IMG/VR virus record: IMGVR_UViG_3300010344_001075
Origin: an uncultured virus (IMG/VR IMGVR_UViG_3300010344_001075)
Lineage: Duplodnaviria > Heunggongvirae > Uroviricota > Caudoviricetes
Length of the DNA stretch: 64,000 nucleotides
Direction: 5' to 3' (one strand)
The notes under the pieces were generated by a model, which saw nothing but the letters and a program-made list of their open reading frames with translations, was not told where the DNA came from and searched no databases. Numbering within the stretch: position 1 is the stretch's first letter; each line of letters begins with the position of its first letter. Shown one piece after another: positions 28,899-38,600 of this stretch. Both the position numbers and the translations under genes were made by a program.

Positions 28899-29590
28899 TA
28901 GAGCAAGATCCTATATTAGTCACCGGAGCCTCCCGAAGTGGTTCGGGCATCGCCGCCGGAGCATTCGTCAAATGTGGGGCGTTTGGAGGCATAATGACCA
29001 ATAAGAGGGGATTGTACGAGAATGATAAGGTACGTGATCTCTTGGTGAAGCCTTATCTCCAGGATGCTGGTGTTGATCCGCTTGGGCAATTTCCATTACC
29101 GGATACGACCAGCATGTTGATACCGCGCCATTGGCGCTCTCAAGTACAGGAGATAATGGAAGAGGAGGGCTATACAGGGGGCCCGTGGATGTACAAAGAT
29201 TCTCGCATAGGGTTGATGTGGCCGATTTGGCATTATGCCTTTCCAAACGCTAAATGGATTCTTGTTCGTCGTCGTACAGGTGACATTGTTGATTCTTGTA
29301 AAAAGACAGCGTATATGTCTGCTTATAAAAATCAGGCAAATCTTACGGCAATTAATGTAACCACAGAAGAAGAAGGTTGGAAGTGGTGGATACATGAGCA
29401 GGAAAAACGTTGGGTAGAAATGATGAATGAGGGAGTTAATGTCAAGGTTATTTGGCCTGAAAGAATGGTGGACGGGGATTACCGACAATTTCATGAGACT
29501 TTGGAGTGGGCGGGGTTAAAATGGAATCCAAATATTTATAACTTTGTGGATACATTACTTTGGACAAGTCGTAAAAAGAAAGGAGGCTGA
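28895..29590 (+). CDS. sulfotransferase-like protein
   Basis: PILVTGASRSGS (PAPS-loop-like), W.YKD.R, FPNAKWI...R. Confidence 0.7.
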   Translation: MIEQDPILVTGASRSGSGIAAGAFVKCGAFGGIMTNKRGLYENDKVRDLLVKPYLQDAGVDPLGQFPLPDTTSMLIPRHWRSQVQEIMEEEGYTGGPWMYKDSRIGLMWPIWHYAFPNAKWILVRRRTGDIVDSCKKTAYMSAYKNQANLTAINVTTEEEGWKWWIHEQEKRWVEMMNEGVNVKVIWPERMVDGDYRQFHETLEWAGLKWNPNIYNFVDTLLWTSRKKKGG

Positions 29591-29591
29591 T

Positions 29592-29975
29592 ATGGCAGTT
29601 CGCGTTACAACCGAAGAGGTTTTGGAAATAATGGACAGTGATGTTGTCATCAGTTCTACACAGGCAACGGCCATGATACGTGCCGCCAGTTTAATGATTG
29701 ATAAGATATTTGCCGATGACAGTGATGTAACAGCAGAGGAACTAATTGAGTTAGAACGTTGGCTATCGGCACATATGATAGCTTCAACGTTGGCACGGAT
29801 GGCCTCAAAAGAAAAAGTTGGGGAAGCTGAAGTAACATATACAGGTAAGTGGGGGGAGTTATTAAAATCAACTCCTTACGGGCAAATGGTACTTCTTTTG
29901 GATACGACAGGTAAGATTGCAAACGCAGGGAAGGCGAAAGCAAGTATGTATGCAATTCCAAACTTTGACGAATGA
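29592..29975 (+). CDS. head-tail adaptor
   Basis: Position; LERWL.AH, T.YGQ....LD.TG motif; AGGAGG RBS. Confidence 0.7.
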   Translation: MAVRVTTEEVLEIMDSDVVISSTQATAMIRAASLMIDKIFADDSDVTAEELIELERWLSAHMIASTLARMASKEKVGEAEVTYTGKWGELLKSTPYGQMVLLLDTTGKIANAGKAKASMYAIPNFDE

Positions 29976-30379
29976 GCAGTTTTGAACAGTTTCTGAATCG
30001 CAATTACAAGCAAACGGCTGTCTATTGGGGTAACCCAAGAAATGATGGATATGGGAGAAATCTTTATGATGATCCGGTTGAGATCAAATGCCGTTGGGAA
30101 AACAGTCTCCAAGTCTTTGAGGCAAATGACGGGAAGGGAACAGAGTTTGTGTCAAGGGCGATTGTTTATGTCGGGGTGGATCTTGATTATGATGGGGTAC
30201 TGTGGTTGGGGACACTTGCTGAATTGGAGGACTATTTGGATAGCAGTTCAGGTTCTTATATAGATCCGGTTGATGTACCAGAGGCCTATCCAATTAAGCG
30301 TACTGAGAAAATCCCAATATTGGGAAAACCTACGGCGTTCGTAAGAGTAGCATATTTAACACCTTGGTTGAATACATAA
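29972..30379 (+). CDS. head closure/stopper protein
   Basis: QTAVYW....DG.G......PVEI.CRWE; position. Confidence 0.65.
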   Translation: MSSFEQFLNRNYKQTAVYWGNPRNDGYGRNLYDDPVEIKCRWENSLQVFEANDGKGTEFVSRAIVYVGVDLDYDGVLWLGTLAELEDYLDSSSGSYIDPVDVPEAYPIKRTEKIPILGKPTAFVRVAYLTPWLNT

Positions 30380-30948
30380 TGGCAAAAAGATTATCGGCAC
30401 GGAAATACAGAGCCCAATACCCGTTAACTGGTGTACAGGGATTTGAGCAGGTAATGGAACGGCTCAATAAAGCCCTATTAGAAATTGAGGGGGGTTCTGT
30501 CCGTGGTTTGGTTTTAGCGGCAGATGCTATCCGGGTTGCTACAGAAACAACGCCACCCCTGACACCGGTTGACCTTGGTAATTTACGTGCCAGTTGGTTT
30601 GTAGTAACGTCAAATAAAGATAAGGTAAAGCTACCTGAGGTAAGAAATGAAAAGGGAAAACTTGTACGAGAAGGACGATTCCGTGGGCCGAATGCCGATA
30701 CAATGAAAAAAGAACACAAGATGGTAAAGACATTGGCTGAATCCGAAATTTCTGCACAGGATGATCTGCATATTGTGATGATGGGGTATAGTGCAAACTA
30801 TGCAGTCCATGTACATGAAGGTCCTCGGGGGAACCTAGGGGCAAACTTCAAGCGTCCCGGGGCCGGGGTAAAATGGTTTGAAGCAGCCTTCAACCGTAAC
30901 GCAAAAAAGATATTACGTGTAATCGCAGCTAATGCAAGGGTAAAATGA
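30379..30948 (+). CDS. neck protein (HK97 gp10-like)
   Basis: TPVDLGNLRAS, GY.ANYA..VHE. Confidence 0.75.
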   Translation: MAKRLSARKYRAQYPLTGVQGFEQVMERLNKALLEIEGGSVRGLVLAADAIRVATETTPPLTPVDLGNLRASWFVVTSNKDKVKLPEVRNEKGKLVREGRFRGPNADTMKKEHKMVKTLAESEISAQDDLHIVMMGYSANYAVHVHEGPRGNLGANFKRPGAGVKWFEAAFNRNAKKILRVIAANARVK

Positions 30949-31343
30949 ATGCACCAAGTGAAGATGTAAAAGATATGTTGATTGCTGAAAGTGATTTGAA
31001 TTTAACTTTTAATAGCAATCTATTCGTCGGAAGAGTCCCTCCCAAGCCTTCTGATGTAGTTGTCATTATTGATTCATATGGTTATCCCCCAGACTTGGGT
31101 TTATCAGACGCTGATTATGAAAGACCTGGAATTCAAATTGTTGTTCGTAATCGCGATTATAATGTTGGAATGCAATTAGCGCAAGATATCAAGGCGACGT
31201 TACATGGTCGTAAACACGAAACATGGAATGGAGCTTTGTATTTGGTTCTCACCTGTTTGGGAAATCCCGCTCTCCTTGAATGGACTGAGAACAATTTAGC
31301 AACATTTAGTATTAACTTTAATCTGCAGCGAAGAGCTGTTTAA
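30945..31343 (+). CDS. tail terminator / tail completion protein
   Basis: P.IQI.VR...Y motif; directly before the tail tube gene. Confidence 0.7.
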   Translation: MNAPSEDVKDMLIAESDLNLTFNSNLFVGRVPPKPSDVVVIIDSYGYPPDLGLSDADYERPGIQIVVRNRDYNVGMQLAQDIKATLHGRKHETWNGALYLVLTCLGNPALLEWTENNLATFSINFNLQRRAV

Positions 31344-31357
31344 AAAGGAGGTTAAAA

Positions 31358-31789
31358 ATGGCAAGTAAAGCTATTGCCGGTGTAGGAACAAAGTTCAAGA
31401 GATGGAACGGCTCTGCATGGGTCGACATCGCTGAGATCAATTCCATTACCGGACCAAGCATGTCGAGGGACACGATTGACGTCACCTCGCTGGATTCTAC
31501 TGGAGGGTACAGGGAATTCATCACGGGTTTCCGTAATGCAGGAACTGTTGTACTCGCAATGAACTTCACTCGTGAGACTTACGAACAGATGCTTTCTGAC
31601 TTCGAGAGTAACACTATCCAGAACTACCAGATTGTTCTTCCGGACGAAGAAAACACTGGCCTGGACTTCGAAGGTCTGGTTTCTGAACTTCCGTTGACAA
31701 TTCCTGCTGATGACAAGGTCACCGCAGACGTCACCATTCAGGTAACTGGAAAAGTCTACGTCAGTTCTGGTGGTAGCACGGGTGTGTAA
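31358..31789 (+). CDS. major tail tube protein
   Basis: IDVT.LDS..GY.EFI.G....G pattern of lambda gpV-like tubes; strong RBS. Confidence 0.9.
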   Translation: MASKAIAGVGTKFKRWNGSAWVDIAEINSITGPSMSRDTIDVTSLDSTGGYREFITGFRNAGTVVLAMNFTRETYEQMLSDFESNTIQNYQIVLPDEENTGLDFEGLVSELPLTIPADDKVTADVTIQVTGKVYVSSGGSTGV

Positions 31790-31856
31790 TCAAAAGACAT
31801 TCCTAATCAAGGAATATTTTTTCAACAAATTATTAACAATCAAAAACAAACTAATC

Positions 31857-32273
31857 ATGGGATTTTTAGACAAGACAGCACTCCTTACAAAAGAGGAACT
31901 GGAAATCGTAAAAGTTGACCTGGGTAAAGGTGACTTCGTGTACGTTCGTCAGATGACTGGCAGGGAACGTGACAAATTTGAGCAGTCTCTTATCAAAGAG
32001 AACAAGAACGCTGAAGGTGGTTTCGAAAGGGCCCTGGATGACTTCCGTGCTAAGCTCGCGGTATGTACCATTTGTGACGAGAAGGGAAACCTTCAACTTA
32101 CCCCACCCGATGCTCCCCTGCTCAGCCAGCGTATGAGCGCCGCACGATTGGAGAAGATCGTTAACAAGGCACAGGAGATGAACAAAATTTCGGAAGAGGA
32201 TAAGGAGAACTTAACAAAAAACTCAAGCGGCGACCAAGTCGCCAGTTCGCCTTCCGACTCTGCCGAGAATTAG
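31857..32273 (+). CDS. tail assembly chaperone (gpG-like)
   Basis: VYVRQMTG.ERD.FE; slippery AAAAAAC near the 3' end. Confidence 0.85.
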   Translation: MGFLDKTALLTKEELEIVKVDLGKGDFVYVRQMTGRERDKFEQSLIKENKNAEGGFERALDDFRAKLAVCTICDEKGNLQLTPPDAPLLSQRMSAARLEKIVNKAQEMNKISEEDKENLTKNSSGDQVASSPSDSAEN

Positions 32274-32665
32274 GGTATCCTCATCCAGACTACCTATTGG
32301 ACCATTTAACATCGGCACAACTCTCAGAATGGGAAGCGTACGACAAGATGGATCCAATAGGCACCTGGAGGGAAGATTACCGAATGGCCGTTCTAGCATC
32401 ATTGATTGTAAACATTGTTAGCAAACTTTATGCGAAGAAAGGGCATACTCCAAAAGAGGTACTACCTACTGAGTTTATGCCAAACTGGACAGGAGAAAAA
32501 CGGATTGAGCGTAAGCAAAGTGTTGCAGATATGAAAAATGTTCTTATGAGTATCGCCAAAGCAGCGAAACAGAAAGAACAACAGGACAAAGTGGATGAGA
32601 TGAGATCGAAGAGACCGCCTTTGGCTTTTAACAAGAAGCCTGTGCGGAAACCTCTTAACAAGTAG
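32216..32665 (+). CDS. -1 frameshift extension of the tail chaperone (gpGT-like)
   Basis: -1 frame open from the heptamer: KLKRRPSRQFAFRLCRELGYPHPDYLLDHLTSAQLSEW... Confidence 0.85.
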   Translation, partial: KKLKRRPSRQFAFRLCRELGYPHPDYLLDHLTSAQLSEWEAYDKMDPIGTWREDYRMAVLASLIVNIVSKLYAKKGHTPKEVLPTEFMPNWTGEKRIERKQSVADMKNVLMSIAKAAKQKEQQDKVDEMRSKRPPLAFNKKPVRKPLNK

Positions 32666-32670
32666 AAGCG

Positions 32671-35600
32671 ATGGATATCGGGCGATTGACAGCAACATTG
32701 GCAGTGCAAACCCGTGGTTTTGTAGAGGCAAATCGTGCCATGCAAAATCTGCAAAAAACAACTCTTCAAGCCGTCAACATAATCAATAACAGATTGGATG
32801 CTCTTGAAGGGCAGGTTGGGGCTTTGACAGGTAAGTTGACTGCCATGGGCCAAGCGTCGGCCTCAGCCAATCGTATGATTGGGGATTCTACTGCCGCAGG
32901 TGTTGGGAAAGCAACGGCCTCATTTGATACATTATCTTCCAAAATGCACCAGGCCGCAATGGGGTTGAGGAGCTTCGGTTGGTTAGCAACAACTGTATTC
33001 ACCTTACCCATTGCTGCAGCTGGTAAAACTGTTCTAAAATCATATTCTGAGTTTGAATACTCCATGATGAAAATTGTGGGGTTGGTTGGGATTGCTCGTT
33101 CTGAAATTGAGCAGTGGTCTGTTTCCGTCAAGGAGATGTCAAAGAGTATTAGGCGCTCACCGTTGGAACTGGCCGATGCTTTGTACTATGTAACATCCTC
33201 AGGTTATAAAACGGCCGCTGCGTTAGGTGTTGTTGAACAATCTGCGAAAGCCGCCGCCGCAGGCCTCGGAGAAACGCAAGACATAGCTGACCTTGTTACT
33301 TCCGTTATGAACGCCTACGGGCAAGGAAACATATCCGTAGCGAAGACACTTGACGTATTGACGGCAGCCGTTCGAGAAGGTAAGGGAGAGGCTTCACAGT
33401 ATGCAAAAGTACTTGGTTCGGTTGTTCCTTTTGCCGCACAATTAGGTGTCACATTTGATGAGGTTTCTGGGGCAGTTGCCTCAATGACATTATCAGGGGC
33501 GTCCGCAGCCAACGCGGCAACGTATCTGAGAAACATCTTTATGAAATTACTCAAGCCGGCGAAACAAAGTGAGGATGCTTTGCGAGCGATGGGATCCTCA
33601 ACGGCTGAGCTTCGAAATATGTTGGGTGAACAAGGATTAATGCCGACCCTGATAAAAATACGAGAACTCACCAATACATATGGAGAAGATATGTTAGGTA
33701 AAGTGATACCTAACATTCGTGCTATGTTGGCAGAGTTGATGTTAACCGGAAAGAACCTTGAGTACAATCAACAGGTGATGGAATCGGTTACCAACTCAAA
33801 TATGGATTTGGCGAAGGCCTATCAAGCCGTTTACGATGTAACAAAGAACCGTTTAAACCGAGCAAACGCTGAATTGAAATCCAGCCTTATTGACTTAGGA
33901 GAATCATTGAAGGAAACAATTATTCCAATATTGGAGAATCTTGCCAAGACACTTGCTAATATTGTTGAATGGTTTATAGCACTTGATGACAGTACTAAAA
34001 GGACAGTACTTGGTTTTACTGCGTTCCTTGCTTTGATTGGTCCTGCCTCGCTTATTGCATCTACATTTGGTTTAGCAATACACCAGGTAGCCGTTTGGGT
34101 AAATGGATTGGCCCGTGCTATGGGTGTACTCCGTGTGGCAACGATTGGGGCATCTGGTCCAATAGGCGCCGCAATTACATTACTTGGTGTTGGTGTTGTT
34201 GCTTTAGCACGTTACCAAAAACGGTTAACGGATGCCGCCCGTGATAACAATGTATTTGAAAAGACATTGGTTGATGTTAACGGGGAAATTAAGAAACTGA
34301 AAGAATTAACCGCAGTTGACTATTCCATCTTAGGACCAGAGGCTATTGGTAAGATGAACGTTCAAGCCCGTAATGAGGTTTTGAAATTGACTAAAGGTAT
34401 TCAGGAAGCCTTTATGCGGGGATTTGAGGATAACAATAGTCTTAAAAATATGGAAGTAACCATTGGCGGGGTTACAGATAAATTGAAAAACTTTTCACAG
34501 GAAACACAGGAAGCATTTAAATCAAAGCTTGCCAAGAAATATACAGACGAAGTTGTACAAGGTTGGGAAACAATAGGGAAGACTCGGCAAAAATTCCTTA
34601 TGAAAGAAGCTGGACCACAGGATGATTACTTGAGCAAAATACTTATTCCAAATCTTCTTTTAGCAAAGAAACAGTATGATGAAACAAGCATTGCGGCAGA
34701 AGACTTTTATAATACCTTCTTAAAGGGTTTAGAAGCTTCAAGGGTGAAAACACCTCTTGAAGATCTATTTAATGCAAAAGCAGCCTTGGCCTTAATGAAT
34801 GAACAGTTACGTCAAATTGATGTATTAGAAAAGGCTTATACTAAATTAGGTGTCGAGGGGTACGATGCTAATAAGGAACGATTAGACCTTTATAATGATA
34901 CGCTCCGTGACTTCATTGAAAATGGACACGGGGCGGATGCTGCCGCGAAAGCAATGGCGGAAGCAATTAAAAACTTGTCATTTATTGTTGAAACATCAAA
35001 GAATAAACTCTACCAATTTGGAGAGGCTTGGTCCTTTATCGAGGCAAAAGAAAAAGCTCTTGGTGATGGATTTGACGCCACCGCTGGGAAGTTGTCCATG
35101 TACAATGAAATGCTTGATACATTTATTGAGACGACAACTGAGGCCGCTAAGACAGGGGCTGATTTAAATAAGGTAACGGAAGCCTTTGTCAAACATAATG
35201 GGGCTGATATATTTGAGGGGAATGTTCCGACGACATATGAAGAAACATTATCAAGGATTGTTGAACTTATACAGAAGTATATTGATGTAGGTGCTTCGGA
35301 AGAATTACAAAAATCAATTGACTTACTTGAAAAGCAAGCTAAAGCGTTTGGTGATCTTGATATATACCTTGAGCTTCTGAAGAAGCGAATGCAAGTTACC
35401 AGATCCGAAATGGTTAAACTGGCAAATGCTTCTAAAGAGGGTATCAATTCTCAGGCCTTTAAAGATGCCGCAAAAGCATTCCTTGATCTGAAGGATGCTT
35501 ATATTGACCTTGAGGCTTCACTTGATGCCGAAGTTGTATTAGGTGTTGCTAAGGCCTTTGGTTCCTACGCCTCTGCCATGGATATGGTACAAGTGGCAAC

Positions 35601-38600
35601 AAACATAACGGAGGCTAAGATACGTTCCCTGTACGAAGTTATTGAATCCAACCGTGGAGAGGCTTGGACGGCTGAGATGGAAGAGCAGATGGGGAATCTC
35701 AAGGATCTTCGGGAAGAGGTGTTGAAGACCCAACTTGCAATGGAGTCACTTGGTTGGATTGCTAATCTGTGGGATAAACTTACGGACTCAATCGGAGAGG
35801 CTGATGAGAAGTGGGCCAAGTGGGTAGGTAACATACTTCGTGCCATTCCGCAGGTGTTGGCCTTTATGCAGAAGTACGGAGAATTGTTTGGTATAACATT
35901 TGGCAATTCAAAAGCTCAAGCCATCCTTGAGAAGTCTGTTCAGAATCGTAACCTTGAAGCCGCATCAATTGAAAAGGTTGCCCTTGCCAAACAGAATGAG
36001 AACGTTGCCATTGCGGCGTCCTTGCCGTTACGGGCACAAGCAAACTTGTTATCTGAGGCAATGGTACTGTCTAAGAATACAGAACTTGATGCCATTGCTA
36101 AATTGATACCGGCCACTACCACGGAGACTGCGGCCAAGGTAGCCGATGCTGGAGCATCTGCCCAGGCGGCAGTTGCCAACTCGGTTAATGCGGCCACAGC
36201 AATCGTAGCGGCAAATGCTAAGGCCGCAGAGGCTTTGGCATCGGCAGTGGCAGAAGCCGCCAAGATGCCGTTCCCGTACAGTTTAGTTGCAATAGCACTG
36301 AACTCGGCTGCAGTAACCACGGCGTTGTCTGTACCTATTCCAATGATTACAAAAATGGCAACGGGTGGCGTTGTTCCGGAGGGTTATCCGAATGATACAT
36401 TCCCGGCACTTCTATCTTCTGGTGAAACCGTAATTCCGAAAGGCAAGGCAGGGGAATACGCTGAAAAATTAATCAAGGAGAAACAACAGAAAAAGCGGCT
36501 TGTAGAATTCTCACCTGAGACTGAGATCTCTTCCATACTGATACCGAAGTTACAACACGGGGGAGAAATCCCGCCCGGGTATCCTAATGATACGTACCCT
36601 GCATTCTTAAGTTCAGGTGAAACGGTCTTGCCAAAGAAAGTTGATTTCACTGGGCTTGCTTTTGGGTTTAAAGCAATGCAACAAAGTACTGCCGGGGCCA
36701 TACGAGCATCAGAAACACTTGGTGAGAAGATACACAATTTCTTCTCTGATATGGCAACGGGTATGTTAACATGGGGCTTCCAATTCCGTAAACCACAACC
36801 TGCGGAACTTGAGGCTGGGCGTGGTAGTTGGGGAGAACGTTTACCACTTATTACCGAAGCGGCAACGTACGGAATGCTTGATGAGATGACAGGTAAGTTA
36901 ACGTCGCTCATACCAGATGCCGTTAAAGCAGTGAAAGGTAGTATGATTACAGCCAAGGCCCCTATGGAACAAGCATCATTAGGTTCTCTATTTGATGCCT
37001 TTAACGTTTCTAAAGGACCTGAAGTTAAGTATTTCCAACGGTTAAACGCAGTTGAGGAAGGGAATCAATGGTTGCTCAATTGGTTAAACGATCCGGCAAC
37101 ACAAAAACGTTATGACGCTTTAATTAAGGAAGATCCTACTTTTGATATTATGCAGTATAGAGGTAAGGATCGTACGATGTTTGAAAGTGATTTAGTTGAT
37201 TGGGATGACTTAACTGAATCTGCGGCCAATGCTTTCCAACACGCTGCAGGTTTGGCTGGTAAGGGTACATTTAAACCGGCATTGAACGAGTATATGGCCT
37301 TCGTTCGGCCTGACTTACCTTTAGCAAAGACAACTTCTGTTGCGGTACATGAGGCCACACATCGGTTAACCAAGGGTGAGGAACTCATCCCGCCAATGAT
37401 GAAACGTGATTTAAAGTCTGTTATGTATGACGCCTCAGATCCAATAGGTTTTCTAAACGACAGTCCTTTGTTTAGTAAAATGCTTGGTGAGGTAGCGGAT
37501 AATCCAGATGAAATTAAGGGGCTCTTATCGGACGTAACTAAAGATCTAAAATATTATAGTAAGCCAACAGAGGTTTATGCACGAATGATGTCGGTAAGAC
37601 ATGCGGCTGGTTTAAAACCTGGAGAAGAAATTACGCAAGAGGTTGGGGATAGAATATCTGATCTTTTCTTTGATTCTGATGTTGTTGAAAATATGCAACC
37701 TTTCATTAAAGATCTTGATGGGTTATTTAAGTTAATGAATAAACTTCCTGTCGCTGCCGGGCTCACGGCCGGGGGTCTTGCCCTTTCAAGTAATGAGGCT
37801 TCAGCTAAAGAATACGAAAAGTCAAAAGAAAAATATCCTGAAGTATTTAAAGTAATTGATCAACGTACAACTGATACGATTACTGGCAAACCTGTTTCGG
37901 ATTATTCCAAACTACATGGTTCATTTGACGCCACCTTTGTAGAAGAAGTAGTTAAGAAAGCACTTGCCCGCGGAATTGATCCGTACACCGCTCTTGCTAT
38001 ACCACACGTAGAAACGGGAGGCACACCGAGTGGTTCTGCCAATCCGTTTGCAGTTAACTATGAGAATCCGCAACAACTTGAAAAGTTGATTGCCGATCCT
38101 ATTGGGGCGTCACTTGACATACTTCGACAGAAACTCAAGTTAGCGGACAAGTTAGGATATGATACCTATGCCAAGATGGTACAAATGTACAATGGTATGG
38201 GCACACTTACCCAAGGGGCAGTTGGTGGTAAAAAGGCTTACGGAATTGAAATACCAGATGAGGGTATCAAGATGAGGGAGAATCCTCTTTACGGAAAGCG
38301 TGTCGAGGATGTTCGTAATAATATCTTAATGCAGAATGAGGAATTGGTATCCTTTGTGGAAAGTTTAATGAAAGACTATCCGCAGCCTTCCTTCCCCTCG
38401 ACATTATACAAGCCTGAGCCTCCTACTCCAATAGAATACGAAACACCGCTGCCCCTTACCGAGCCTGCGATCGGTGCCGTGTACAAGTTTATTGAGGCAT
38501 TACAATTATTAGAATCTCAGGTAGTTAACACCGCCGCAAGTACGCAACAACTTACGGCTGCCACGCAAGCCGCTGAAACAACGGCAGAAGCAACTCAAGC

